This document shows positions 1 to 13,600 of a DNA stretch of 64,000 nucleotides, piece after piece. The notes under the pieces were generated by a model, which made no database searches, was not told the DNA's origin, and worked only from the letters and a program-made list of their open reading frames with translations. Each line of letters opens with the position of its first letter. Position 1 is the first letter of the stretch. The DNA is taken from contig OZ361261.1 in NCBI GenBank assembly GCA_977018835.1, forward strand, positions 1,178,001-1,242,000. The letters run 5' to 3'. The position numbers were made by a program, and so were the translations under genes. The DNA comes from Minutocellus sp. GHC0000111. Taxonomy: Eukaryota.

Positions 1-76
1 CACAAAGCAGGAAACATGTGCATCATATGCTTCTGATGGCTCCAACAGCGTGCCCTCCTTGACACTTTACAATGAG

Positions 77-2100
77 ATGAGCACCAAGCGCCCACGTCCG
101 GCAAGTCCAAGCCAGCACAACGAGACCATCGCCGTCGAGAGTGAAAGCATTGCTTATACAAATAAATCTCCTCCATATCCCGAGCCGCTACCCCACGGCG
201 CCTTTACCGGCAAGACTTTCCATCGCAATTCACTCAACTCACTCGAAACATTGGAACTGGGTCACGTCACCATACACCATCTCATCCCTCACAACAGCAC
301 GCATTGCTTCGCCACGTCCACGCCTCGTGGCTCGAGCACATCCTTGGTCGGCGGGTAGACAGGTTTCTGCTGGTTAGGAATGACAAGCGATCGGTCAAGG
401 ATGGTCAGGTCAAGGTAGGACGGGGGGTGTTGGAACCCATCAGCATTGAGAAGGACGAGGCCCGGAGTCGCAAGTATCAACGGGTTGTGGCCCAGCCTGC
501 CAAGGTGGCTCTACCTGTGGAGGGTACTGGAGACTCCTCAGTAGCGGCCAAAGGTGTAAAAATGGAAGACGAAGAGGAGGCCGATATGGAAATTGGCCCA
601 AACAAGAAAATCAAGGCAAGTCCGTCCAGTGCTGGCAGTCCTTCTCTGAAAGATGACCTCGACAGCGATACCGATGACGAAGTGGAAGTGCTGGGAACGA
701 AACGCACCATACCCAACTGGCATCGCATCGCTGCCCGTCCTGCCACCGGTGGTTCGCTCCATTCCAAGATACTATTGTTTCGGACTGCCCAGGGGCTGCG
801 GGTAGTGGTAACGGGATCCAACCTATGCCCTCAGTGGCGAGCCGACAGAGATTGTCTTTGGGTACAAGATTTTGATGCAGTAAAGAAACGATCGGGAGAT
901 ACGTCGATAAGCAGTGCTCCTCGATTCGAAAAGGTTTTGCGTTCCTTCGTACAAGACGTAGCCAAGTGCCAGTCATCAAAAGATGATCAGTACGTGCGCA
1001 ACTTTGCAGCTGCGTTATTCGGTGGTATTGATTTTACGACGGCCAATGCTGAGCTTGTGCACTCCTTTCCTCGCTCGAAAAATGAGAATGACTTTGATAA
1101 GTTGGCCGGTGGTTATCCCATGCTTGCCAAGTGTGTGGAGAGGCTCAGGTCGAGGGATGAATATTCGATGCCTGGTACTGATGATGAAAATGACTGCTAC
1201 AGCGATCCCAACGATCCTTCGGACGAACATTCTGGCCTAAATGGTGTCTACGCCACAGCTGGATCGTTTGGAGATGTATCGCCAGCATTTCTGCGGCAAA
1301 TGTATCACGTTATGGGATCTGGGAACATCCCCCACGTGAGCAAAGAGGAACCTTCCTGGGAGGAAGTTCCATCAGCAATGAAATGCCTTTGGCCCAGTGC
1401 CGTAACTGCGCAGTCGATGCTACCGAGTGGCGTTATCAATAGTCTGCGTAATATCCCCATGAAATACTGGGAGACTATCCCTTCAGAGGCTCGACGGCGC
1501 ATTTTCCATGACGCAACGCCAAACACACCGAGCAGTGGCTTTGGGATCAATGAAAGAAAATGCCACCCGGTAGTGCACGGAAAGATCATCTATGCAACTC
1601 CTCGCAGAGCCAACAGTTCAGGCTTTCCCTCGGTAGTTTACTTAGGTTCTCACAACTTCTCTCGCGCCGCTTGGGGTGAAGGCGCGAAGGGACCACGAAA
1701 TATTGAGTTTGGCGTAGTTGTGGCAACTAATGACCGTGCGACGAAAATGGAATGGGAGCAGCGATTCCCGTGCACCGTTATACCTCATAACGCCATCCGA
1801 CCTCCAAACGATCCCTATTTGCCAGCATCGGCCCACAAGGGAATTCGTTTGGAATGGAACATGGGGAACCCAAAGAGAGCGGAGGAGCGGCTGCTGGAAT
1901 ACCTTCAGCGAGATTATGCAGGCGACGATGAAGAAATGGATGGATTGGTGCATGTTGATGATGGCGGTTTGAATGGTGATGACAAAGGCGGCAGTAGGGT
2001 AAACAAGCCGTCGACTTCGCCTCGAGACGTCATTGATCTTTGTGGTGATTCTGAGGAGCAGAAGGTAATTATTGATCTATACGACGAGGATTCTGATTGA
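77..2100 (+). pseudogene. TDP1: Tyrosyl-DNA phosphodiesterase 1-like (PLD superfamily), frameshifted near 320
   Basis: Two HxK motifs (SLHSKILLF...VVVTGSNL; VHGKIIY...VYLGSHNFSRAAWG). The N-terminus from ATG 77 (…HLIP…CFATS) is in a different frame from …SWLEHIL, so there is a small indel at ~320. Real lesion or assembly error. Confidence 0.8.
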
Positions 2101-2293
2101 GTTCTATGATATCTACTAGAGGTAGAGGGAGAATGCACAATATATTGTTTTAGGAAATATTTTTTTCTAGACTTCCAACTTGTTGCATTACCTAGATATT
2201 ATTTCTTAAAGCTACGTAGTTGGCTCTAGCTCTACTTTAGAACGTCTCGGTAGTAGCGCGTAAAAACGTTTGTTTCTGATGAAATAAATACTC

Positions 2294-2800
2294 TCATAAA
2301 GCATTGAAATATATCGCCAATTCCTTCAGTCCGCCACATATCCATACTCCGCCATTACTTTCAATCATTTGTCCCACGGCGTTTAGAGATGCGACCTGTC
2401 GTTGGTCGAATCTGCGTTCATTTGTAGTCTCATTGTTCTCTGGGTCATTTTTCTTATCATTATCGTCACCTCGAGTATCGTCAACTTCCAAAAAACAAAA
2501 TACCGTTTTCTCCGGCCTCTTGTTGGAATCATCGACAGCCTCGGCAATGGAATACACCCCCACCATGCGAGGCGTAATAACATAAAGACACACGTCGTAT
2601 TCCTCCCGTTGCTGCCGCTCGATGAGCTGATGGGCCTCGGTCCAGTCCGGCACGACAGGATTGAAATATGTTGTGCGACCTGGATCGAGGAGTAATATTA
2701 GATCATCTCTCCACTTTGAGCCGTTGCATGTCCCGCCAAGGAATACGTGTCGTTTGGTTGTGGGTGAATTGCTGCTGGCAATACGAGTAGGTGTAGACAT
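2294..2800 (-). CDS. Nucleoside 2-deoxyribosyltransferase-like protein
   Basis: VFLGGTCNGSKWR, YFNPVVPDW and LYVITPRMVGVYSIAEAVDDSNKRP motifs. Intronless, ATG at 2800. Confidence 0.75.
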   Translation of the reverse strand: MSTPTRIASSNSPTTKRHVFLGGTCNGSKWRDDLILLLDPGRTTYFNPVVPDWTEAHQLIERQQREEYDVCLYVITPRMVGVYSIAEAVDDSNKRPEKTVFCFLEVDDTRGDDNDKKNDPENNETTNERRFDQRQVASLNAVGQMIESNGGVWICGGLKELAIYFNAL

Positions 2801-3133
2801 TGATAGTTTGAGCATCTGACTTCTTGAATTTTAGAATTTTAGCGTCTTCTGGCGGGGTTGAACAATGACCAATTATTTTCGCATTCGAGGCGGCCGAGCC
2901 TCTTCGGCGAACCTCCCGCCAAATCTCGGTTTTCAAGAGCCACCATCAGCATCCCATCGCTCGCTCCCGCAACAACTCACCCTTGCACCTCCAGGCCCTC
3001 TGCCTTTCGTGTAAAGTGCCGCTGCCCAATTTCTCTCTTTGGACCTTCGTTCGGTCGATATTCATCTCGAGATTTCCCGTGTTTGACGTGGTATCTTTTT
3101 TGCAGCACATAATATTGAAAAAACATAAATAAA

Positions 3134-4734
3134 ATGACGGCGAGCACAAGCAGCACCAACTCCAATAAGCGACTCCTGTTGGGCCTGCTGGCCCTCTCGG
3201 TCGGCGGTGCGTCGGCAGCACTCGGCGGCGGTACCACCCCGGCCCTCCCCGTCGAGGGCATGCGGGATGCCCGTGAATTGTCCGGAGATTACGCCTGGGA
3301 CGACGACTTCTTCACCTTCAACGACGACACGCTCTGGAGCGACTACGCCATCAATCCCAAGCGATGCATTGAATTGTAAGTCAAGTTTCTCGGCACTGAC
3401 AAGGACGGAAAGAGAAAATTGTATCGGCGCGGCGGTCCCAAAACAGAGGTGGCCCACGTATCTGTTCGATAGCGGGAGTAAAGAGACCAGTGGCGTCAAT
3501 TCAATGGGCCGTTCCGCGATTATTGAAAACTCGGCCTGACTTCGGGAAGTTTGGCCGCGCAGTCAGCTCAATGCATCCCGGGAGAGTTTGGCAAGGCAGG
3601 CAGCAACGGGTTGGAAATCAGAGACAGTGACGGCCGTCACCAAGCTCAGTGCTGGACTTCTGCTTATACAGGACGATGCCTTGAGTGCGACCCGGTGGCT
3701 TTTCGGCGCATATGCTTCCCTTGGCGCAATTCTGTTTATTTGTTTCCTCACAATTTTTAAATCTCATAATTATTTTCTCCTCCTCCTCCAATCTTATCCA
3801 CTACAGCAACGGACAAGAGGTGATTGTATTTGCCATGTACGGCGGCGGACACAACAACTGCGCCCGGGCCCAGCTCGGTACCTACTACGCCCCCGTCGGC
3901 GACTTCGTTCGGGGCTACACCAAGCAGAAGGACATGGACTACAACCTCCAGGGCCAGGACTACGACGTCCCCGACGAGCTGGCCTACACCACCTGCACGG
4001 CCGCCTACGGCGACGACGACGGCGGATCGGCCGTCTACCTCAAGCTGGGCTGCAACGACTCCACCGGCAAGGCCATCGCCATGAAGGCCTACGAGGATGC
4101 CGACTGCGCCACCCCCAAGTCCAACAACTACAACATCAAGAACCTCGGCATCGACATCTCCGACCTCCGCGTCAAGTTCGAGACCTGCCAGGACTGCGTC
4201 TACTGGCCCAGCCAGGACGACGATGCCGTCGCCGCCGACGTTGACGACGGATTCTTCACCAACCACGGATACGACTCCCCCATGTGCGGCGCCGCCTGGA
4301 AGACCAAGACCAAGTGCAACCGCAAGTGCCAGCGCCAAGCCAACAAGGGTGCCAGCACCTACAGCTACCACGCCGGCTTCAACCCCCTCGGCAAGTTCTT
4401 CCTCTTCGTCTTCACCCTGTCAGGCATCTTCCTCCTCCTTGCCGTCCACTCGCAACGGAAGCGCATGGCCACCGAGGATGCCGTCTACGAGGAGGCCCTC
4501 GTCCAGAAGGCCGGTATGCAAATGAAGCACGTCGTCTTTGGCATCATGGGCATCATCGTTCTCACCGTCCTCTTCGCCCTCCTCAAGGCCAAGTTCTTGA
4601 CCTGGGCCTTCCTTCTCGGATCCAACGTCGTCCTCTTCGCCTACTGGGCCTACCTGCGCTTCCGCAAGGAGGGCAAGGTCGAGGTCGGTGGATTCCGATT
4701 GTTCGGCGACGGCGACGGCGGCATTGCAGCATAA
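3134..4734 (+). CDS. Silicanin-like Cys-rich membrane protein with signal peptide and ~3 C-terminal TM helices; exons 3134-3375, 3807-4734
   Basis: GT 3376 / AG 3806 splice keeps the frame (TT+C=Phe). Signal peptide, REL (RXL) motif, Cys spacing resembling silicanins, strong C-ending codon bias. Confidence 0.65.
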
Positions 4735-5757
4735 GCGCAATGTGCCTGTCTGTACGCGTTGCGTAGTCGAAATGGAACGGAATGAAATTGAAATTGAAAT
4801 GAACTACCGATATCGGTGTGAAACTTGTATACTCTTTGAGAGAAGTTCGGTCTTGAAAATATACTTATTTTTACCCCCGATGGATGCAATATCATGATAT
4901 GTGAACTGAAATGGCCGGTGATAGTCCATCCATCTTTATATATGTGCTGTGTACCACCCCTGTGATTTGATGCTAGTCTATCTTGCGGAAGCGCTATTGG
5001 GCAGAATATGGGCGGAACTTTTGAGAAAGCTGCCAATGGAGCGGAGGTTTTGGATCGGAAGATGATACCGGGACGGACTGACTCCGCTTTTGAGTCGATG
5101 GACAACAGAAAATTGTATTCTGCCCCCCATTTTTGGCTGACCATTTTTCTTTTGAGATTTATCTAGTAGCAATAGAACCCCCTATATCACGATGACCATC
5201 GCTTTGTATTGTGCCTACACTTAAATCGTCCGTCTCCTCTGGCAATGGCAACAACGATCCCACGGAGACACAATCAGCCAGAGCCCCAAAATGACTCGTT
5301 CGACTACGTGACGTACGTAGATTACGATTGTACGTAATCGCGCCGGCCTCGCCTCTCCGCATCGCAGAAAAATGTCTTTATGAGAAAGAGAGAGGGGCGT
5401 GGATGTTAGGTTCATCCGCAGTCAATGATCCAACGCCCACCACTGCCTTGGCATCGCATACTGCTCACATTTGTGAGGATACTGCCCATCGAAAGCGCGT
5501 GTCCACTTGCATTCGATTTGGCCGGGGCTGGTATCTTTCCAGTGTTAGCACAAAACTATCTGCTTTTCGTTTGTCTTTCAAGCGAAGAGTTCTGAGGCCT
5601 AGGGGTTGTGCCTCTTTCGTCTTGCTTATTGCCAAACAAGGTTGACCGTTTGGGCGAGACGATACAAGAAGTTCCTTGCTTGAAGAGCTCTTTGTGATTT
5701 TTCTCAGTCGGCAAGAATTAGGGAATATTAATACATACATCAAAATAGCTACGAACC

Positions 5758-7487
5758 ATGGTGCGATTCGGCCTCAGGAGGTCAAAGAGACAGGAGGAAG
5801 ATGAATCGGTCGATCTGAATTCGATCCCTACGGCCCAGCGCAAAAATACAACGGCAGTTGCAGCATCGGCTCGAAAGATTGAAGCGGCAGCGCTCGATGA
5901 TGGCCCGGTGGTGGCTGGCGGACCCATCTCTCCTCAGAGCAACAGCAAGGCGGCCGCCCTCCTGCGAAAGATGAAGCGAGACAAGTCCCCTCCTCCTGCC
6001 ATGCGTGAGGACTTTAGCATGGCCTCGGGTTCGACGTGGACGACCAAGGCCACCGAGCTTCACAGCACCACCCAAAACATGCACACGGACGCCGCCGGCA
6101 ATCCCGTAGCGCCGCCCAACTACAACATCGACGTACGGGACGACAATGACGGTGCCGACGGCCGTGGCAGTACCGTCCGGCGCAAATTCAAGGGCAAGGC
6201 CGGAGCCCTTGGGGGCAACAAGACCGACAATACCAATATCAGCCTCATCTACAGCGCCCATGGCCCGCAGGCATCGCAGTTGTTGAATCTAGTGCTACGG
6301 GAGAATCTTCCTGTGCCCAAGTTGCCAACAGATGTTATTGTTCAGGTTGAGGTGAGTTTAATGCGTTGCATTGTGAAGCGCTTTGGAGATTCCATGGGTG
6401 TTGGAGAGACTGTGATGTATGAGGAACTTATTTACTCACATAAATGATGCGCAACTTTCTTTCCTTCTTAATCTTCTTCCGACTACGTCAGGCCGCAACA
6501 GTTAGTCTGCAGGACTGTATCATCCGGAGGGGACTTTGGCAACAGAACGTCCCCCTTCCGGCAACTCCGGGCTTCGATGTCGTCGGTACCATCATTCAGG
6601 TCGGCGAGGACGTGCCGAATGTATCGCCCTTCAAGGTTGGAGATCGCATCGCCGCCCTCGTCCGAACAGGGGGTAACGCTCGCTACATTAACATCCCCTC
6701 CTCATCTCTGGTCAAGGTGCCCGAAGGCGTCGATACGGCCCAGGCTGCTTGCATCGTTTCCACCTACATGACGGCTTTCCAGGCGTTGGACTTGGCCCGT
6801 GGATCGAGCGATAAGGATTCTTCTCTTGAGGGAAAACGGATCCTGGTTACCGGAGGAAATGGGCCCGTTGGTCGTGCCGTTATCCAGCTTGCACGTCTAA
6901 TGAAAGCAGATGCAGTCTACGCGACGGCATATGGTCGTGACCATACGGACTTGGAGGCAATGGGTGCCATCGCTCTCCCCTTTGCCAGCGAGGAGTGGCT
7001 TCCAAAGGTCCAAGGAGAAATGGACGTCGTAATCGATGGCGTTTGCGTGGACACCTACGCATCCTCTCACGCAGCACTCAATGCACATGGCCGACTTATT
7101 TGTATCGGCATGACATCCTTGCTGTACTCCAAGGAATCTCTTGTCATGTGTGGCCTCCCTGCATCCGCGAGATGGGCATCGATCAAGGCCAAATGCTTCA
7201 TGAGCCGCACCACTACCTATGAATTGTGGGATTCCTTCTGTCAGGAACCGGAGCTGTTCAAGAGTGATCTGGAATACCTCTTTGGCCTTGCAAAGGCACG
7301 GACAATTAAGCCCGCCGCATCTAAGCTCATTGCTCTCTCGGAGGTTGCAGACGCACAAGACCGCATTGAATCTGGCACGGCGCCACCTGGTGGTCAGGTT
7401 GTATGCTTGCCTTGGAAGAAGTTCGTTTATGTCACATCCAAGAAACACAAAACGGACACTGAAAGTGTCGTCACACCGAAGTACTAG
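5758..7487 (+). CDS. MDR-family (zeta-crystallin/quinone oxidoreductase-like) protein with disordered N-terminus; exons 5758-6351, 6492-7487
   Basis: GroES-like PATPGFDVVG…GDRIAAL..GGNARY; Rossmann ILVTGGNGPVG; in-frame GT-AG intron 6352-6491. Confidence 0.85.
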
Positions 7488-7627
7488 CGAAGCAGCTACG
7501 TAGTTTGTGCAAAGGAGGCAAATATGTGAAATGCCGTTTAATTTTCATTTTAAGATTTTAGTACAATACATAGAAAAAGTCCCACATAAGTACATGTAGC
7601 ATAGCCATATGGGCTGCGATCGTTTTA

Positions 7628-10600
7628 TTACTTTGGCCGCATAGAAGTCGGCTCAAATGCGTCTCCCCAACCCTGCATAAAGGAATCATTGTTGAAGCCA
7701 TCGGTATCATTCCCGTCCTCGTTGGACGTTGACTGTTGCTGCTGCTGCTGCTGCGGTGGTGGCGGCGGCGGCATCGACGAGGGTTCACCGGTGCTATTAT
7801 TCTGACCAAATAAGCCTCCAAATAATTGCTGGTACTGGGAATCGTTTGATTGATCTTGCCCAGTGGGCTGAGAATTGGTATTGGTTGTGAGCATACCCTG
7901 TAGCTGTGATTGCTGTTGGTTGAGCAGGCGCTGAAGATCGTGGAGCTGCATGCCTTGCGCTGGCATTGCCTGAGCTTGCATCATCAATGCCGGAGCAAAT
8001 GCATCATTAATACTTTGTCCGGTTGAGACACCTTGATTTGTCTCTTGCACTGGGACTGAGGGGGCGGTACCAGTAGTCTGAGAGCCATCTCCAATTAAAC
8101 TGTCTCCTGGCATGCCAAATTGATTTTGCATTCCAGCTTTAATGGCAGTACCCGCAGCCGGTGCTGTTTGCATGCTCGAAGACGTATTGATGCTCTCATT
8201 TCCGGGCTCATCGCATTGTTGTAAAGATTCTCCATGGGACCAAAGCCCACGCCAAAACCAGCTGGTGCTGCCTCGTTACTTATTGCGTTATTGACGTTCA
8301 TCCCAGGGCCCATCGCATTACTGTAGCTGTCTGTTGGGGCGCCTTGTGCTATGCTTGGGCCGATCACATGGTGGTTGGGGCTTGGAGTAGATTTGATAAC
8401 AACATCCCGTGGAAGGGCGCTGTCCCGGTATTTTTCGCCTAACTTTCTCCTTCGCTTTGAGGAGGATGTAGACCCAACTCCTCCGCTGCGTTTCCGTCGA
8501 GAGGCACCTTTGACGAAGTCTTTAGTGGCACCATGCTCAGCCTCAACAAGCTTCTGACTGAGAGCAACTTGATCATATGTGGGAGCACCAAGCTTTTCAA
8601 GCTCGTTGTTGATGTTCTTCAATTCGGTCAATCGACGGACTCTCATGTTATTGAGAGTTTCCTCGGGAACCATGGCCTTTCCTTTCTTCGATGCTGCTCG
8701 AAGCAACCTGTAGGTGTCCTTTCGATGAGACGAAGTAATATGCTTGAGAAATTTCTTACAGTTCTCATCCCCTCGCTTCTTGGCATTGCATTCAATATGT
8801 CTCTTGCTTCTGAGGCAGAGAATTGGTGATGCGATGATGACTCCGACCGTTTTGGTGGCTTCTTCTTCTTATTTTCCCTCTTCTTTTCTTCCTTCTCCTC
8901 CTTGAGTTTCTTCTCGTTCTGTGGATGTGACGATGCTTGCAATTCTGAAACCTCTGGCGCCGATTCCTTGGAAAGCGACAATGGATTCGCCGTGACAACT
9001 GTCTTCGGAATGCCGATATCTTGAGGATTCTTTAATTCTTCAGACCTGACCGGGATCTCCGGCCTGGGCTGGAAGGCAAGTTCCGCCTGTGGATTCTGGG
9101 CGCTGTCTTGGCGAACCTTCTGCCGCACCCCCTCATTTGTCGATATTTCTGTTGCTTTGTATTTCTTCCTTGGCCTCTCCGCGGCATTGTTGGCTGGCTT
9201 GGCGGCTTCTTTAGCTTTTGCCTTCGCTCTGGCTCTTTTCTTCGCCCTCCTTGCTGCAGCGAGGGCCGCCTTTTCCGCTTCTGCTTCCTTCCGGGCCTTT
9301 TCGGCAACCTCACTGGCCTTGATTTGCTGCGCTTCAAATCGATCTGAAAGCCAAGTAATCAATGGGGCCAAGTCCATATCTCGCTCGGAAAACCAACAAC
9401 CGCGCTTTTTTGCTCTCTGGACTACAAAATACTCCATTCGACCAGTTTGCACATCCTGGTGTGAACATACCACCGCTTTTGGAGCATTATGCTTGGCAGA
9501 ACTCGAACGACGCACTAAATGATCACAAGACCGAATAACCTCCTTGTCGAGGTATGACTTCGAGAATTTGGATCTGCATTGCAACCGTTTCGATGGAATT
9601 GCATTCAAGCGTCTTCTTACGCCATATATGTGACACAGAAGGCCGACCGACTTCGAATTGTTCGTCGTATGATACATTTGGTATCTTCCTCGAACCGCCC
9701 ACTCTCCCGACGCACCGTGCAACTGATCTCGGCAATGAGCCCTCAGGGTCGAACAACTTCCTGCCCGCGAGAGGCCACATAGGATCTCTTTCAAAGAGGT
9801 GCTGAATCAATTGCTCCAATTCCGCAATCTTTTGCTCTTTAGCCTTGTTCATAAGAGATTGCTGTTCGCCCTTGGCCAAAAGTCCGTGACCGAATCTTTG
9901 ACTTCCAGTGCGTCCTGATTAGCCCTGCAGGCGAGCCGACGATGGATCCGATTTCCTTGTGGACTGCCTTTTGTCTTTGCACACGGCCCGAACGACGACG
10001 ATGATCTCTTGACGAAGAAGACGACCGCGAAGGGGACGAAAGAGGCATGTCATCGTCAGCACCGTCAGCTTCCTCGGCTTGGGATAAAGACTCCTGAGAG
10101 CCATTCTTGCTCTCCTCCTGTTACGATGTTTCTTGACTCCCACGCCAATGAGGGCCACGCCAACCAGAGCGGCGGCAGCACCACCGGCAATGGCGTAGGG
10201 GAAGGATCCACCACCGCCTCCCTGGTTGTTCTCATCGGACGAATTGAGCGTGACCTGGGTAGTGGCCGGCTCGTACAGACCATCGGCGACGTATTCGACG
10301 GCAATGATGGAGGGATCGTTGGCGTCATGAGTAGAAAGCTCCGATCTCATTGCAGCGTCTCTCTCGGCAGCCTCCCTCTGGTACCTTGCCTTGTCGTCGG
10401 CGGCAATCGTTTGATACTTTGCCTTTTCTTCCGGAGCGATTTCTTTCCAAAGCTTGGAACAGTATTTGTTTTGAGCGCCAAACGGTCTCTTATCGCCAGA
10501 TGTCTTGAGATTCGCCATGGTTGCGATACAGAAATGCCTATAAGCAGGCAAATTCTTCTTCGGTGGGGGGTAAAGATCGGCTGTCGACAAATGTGTCTCA

Positions 10601-13600
10601 GGAGCATGGAATGGGACCGGACTTGCTCCTTCAACTCCTTCCGATAGATGCGCATTTGATGACACAATGTCGGACTGCACCGCTGACTCTTCGATGTCAT
10701 CATCGTCCCGGATTGCTCTCGGCGCTGAACTTTTTCGCTTTCTTGCTGTAGCAGAACGTAGGTCTCCGTCGCGTTCTCCTTCTTCCTCCTGCTGCTGGTG
10801 CTGATGCTTGAATATCGCGGTCGAAGATCCGTCAGACTCGCAATGGAGAAGAGAAAGTACGTCGGACACTTCTGACCGTTCCCACTTTCGTCTTGTCATT
10901 TCTCTCCCCGCCGTCCAGTCTTCTGTGAGCGAGATGTACATACGAAAGACATCTTCTCTTTTCTCTGACGAATCGGCACGATCTGACCCCTTGCCTTTTG
11001 GCAAGACTTCCCAATCCTCTACAAATGCTCGAGAATTCGTGGCGTCAACGAGTTCCACGAGCAGACGCGCAAGATCTTGGACAGTACGACATTTTTCGAC
11101 ATTCGTGCGCCATGCTTCTTTGCAATACGTTTTCTTCACTGCTCCCCACAATGAAGATAGGAGTGAAGAACGCAGTAAAGTCTGCTCGAGACCAATAACG
11201 TGATTCCTGACCAGCTGAAGTGGGTCCAAGAGAGAAGGGTGCTTTCGGAGTACTTGGACGAGGGCACCATCGGTAGAAAAGTCTCGAGATAGAGCATTGT
11301 ACAATTGGATCGACGGCTGATAAAAGTTTCCCTTGTCGAAATGATGGTGCGTTGCGATGTGGCTGTGTCCTGACTCGGATCTAGCGCCGGCAAAGATGAA
11401 CAAATACTGGTTGGTGTACGAGAGTGGATTGTGCGAAGCACTCTGGCGAAAATACTGGCGATACTTTTGTTGATGAGCCATAAGTTTTGTGTAAGTGACG
11501 TTGGCGGCTACACGCTTTTCCTCGGCGCTTCGGGTGCGATCGCCCATCGCGGTAGGAGCACCAGCATCTACGCTATCTGCCAGTGTTGGTGCTAGGGGCT
11601 CTTTAAGAATCGTCTCTTCCCCTTGCAATGTAGATGGGGGAAGCAGCTCCTCTGGGGACCAAATTTTTTGGCAATCGAAAGGGATCTGGCTCCAAGGCCA
11701 CTGTGCACAGATCTCTGGCCCAAGGCAGTGCAACAAACTGAAGACATGTTCCTGTGTGAGTGGAAGCGGATGCCGCGGTTCCTTGAAAGAATCTAGCAGA
11801 GATATCGCCGAAGAAGGAGCATTTGCAGCATCTTCAACGCGATTTTTAGCTCCTTGACTGGGCAAAATCTGGCCAATACAAACAGGTTCTTTCGAGGTTA
11901 TATCCCGAGCAAAAACAAAGCCATGAAGAACAAGGAACTCGACCGTCGACAACGCGGTGCGGACCGCCTTGTCAATTTTCCGCGATAAATCCATCCCGAG
12001 GCTACTGAGACTGAACCAATCCAGAGACTCTTTCTTCCCACTTGTGATAGGTCCGAGCAAACTTGAATCGGATATTTCGCATTCCGGACACAGCCATTTG
12101 CCCTGTGGTAACGCCGTCTTGAGACAAAGGCAGCGTTTGTGATAGCTCAAAACACACCCATCACAACAAAGGAGGTCACCTTCTTCATTGCAAATCGCAC
12201 AAATGTTGTTGTTGTCAACGGCTCCAAGTCCAGCAGCATCCGGAGGGCACCCGTACGCAGCTCCATCTGGTCGGCCCCCAGAGCCGGTTTGCCAAAACGT
12301 ATCACTACCAGCACTGCGCCGATCTAGATCCTCCAATATTTCAGGTCCTGCTGAAATGAGCTCGTCGAGGAGGAACTCGAGAATTTGTAATTTATTATCG
12401 ATAGGGAGCAAATGATATGATGTACCTTGACGGAGCTTCGCAATGGGGTCCCGGTGGGAGCGAAGATCGAATGTAGTTGCTACAACACCATCTTCCTTTT
12501 CATCCTCGTCGACAACAGCGATGGCAGACTTGTCAGGGCCGTCAACCAACGGATTCTGCTCGGCATCTCTTTCTTCTTCTTTCACGAGGGCAAACTTGGC
12601 GACACTGGGATACAGTGGAAGGCATCTGATATCGGCGCTATCAATGGCATCGTACGAAGTTGACTCTACTTCGCTTTGAAGCTCGGTGTTATCGACGATG
12701 TAAGATAAAGTCGACTCGACTGTCTCTCGCAAAACCTTCTCTGAAACCTGGAAAGTCATGACGATGAATTCCGGCCCCTCGGCCTTGACATAATCTGCGA
12801 GACCCTTCAAGCTCCAATGCTGCACAGAAAATTCGTCAACTCGAACGATGGTGTCATTGGGACAAATGGAACCTTTTCCGGCCGCCATGCCCCCATCAAC
12901 AGACATGACAATGATATCTCCCAGTACACTGTCCTTCTTCAAGCTTAGACCAAGCGGGCATCCTCTCTCAAATTGGACCTGGTACTGAAAGGGCTCTCCT
13001 GCTTCGGAATTGCCATCGTCGTCGTCATTATCATTATCCGAGGCAACACCAGCCTTTTTGGACAACGCCTGTTGAATATTGTCGTAAACTTCGTCAGGAA
13101 CGACGTGGGCGCGGCTCATGGTCGTGTCGGGGGGCAAAGAAAATACAGGATTTGATATGGGAAGAGGCGTCTGATGGTCGGATAGTGGGGCAGTGACTGG
13201 TTCTTGAATCGGCTCTGCATCGTCGGCGGGTTGAGACTTGCTTCCTGCAAATGGGACAGAATTAGATCTAGCATCTGCGGCGGCAATTCTTTTCTCGACA
13301 AGTTTTGGTTCCATTGCATCGAGCATAGACGCCAGTTCCTCAGCCGGGATGACTCTAAAATGAGAAACGCACATGTAACCATATTTCTTCCCCTGTGATG
13401 TCTTTGTACAGCCTTCGACCTGACACGCGGGACGGCCACTGCTAGTCACCTTGAATGGGTCTCGCCCGCCAAGGATGGGAGTAACGGACGCCTCGGGGGT
13501 GCCCTTCTTCGTGGAGACGAAATGCACATCCTCAACCTTGGATCCTATGGAAGATGACGATCTTCCATTGCCAGAGGACTCATCGACTTTGCGAGGGCGA

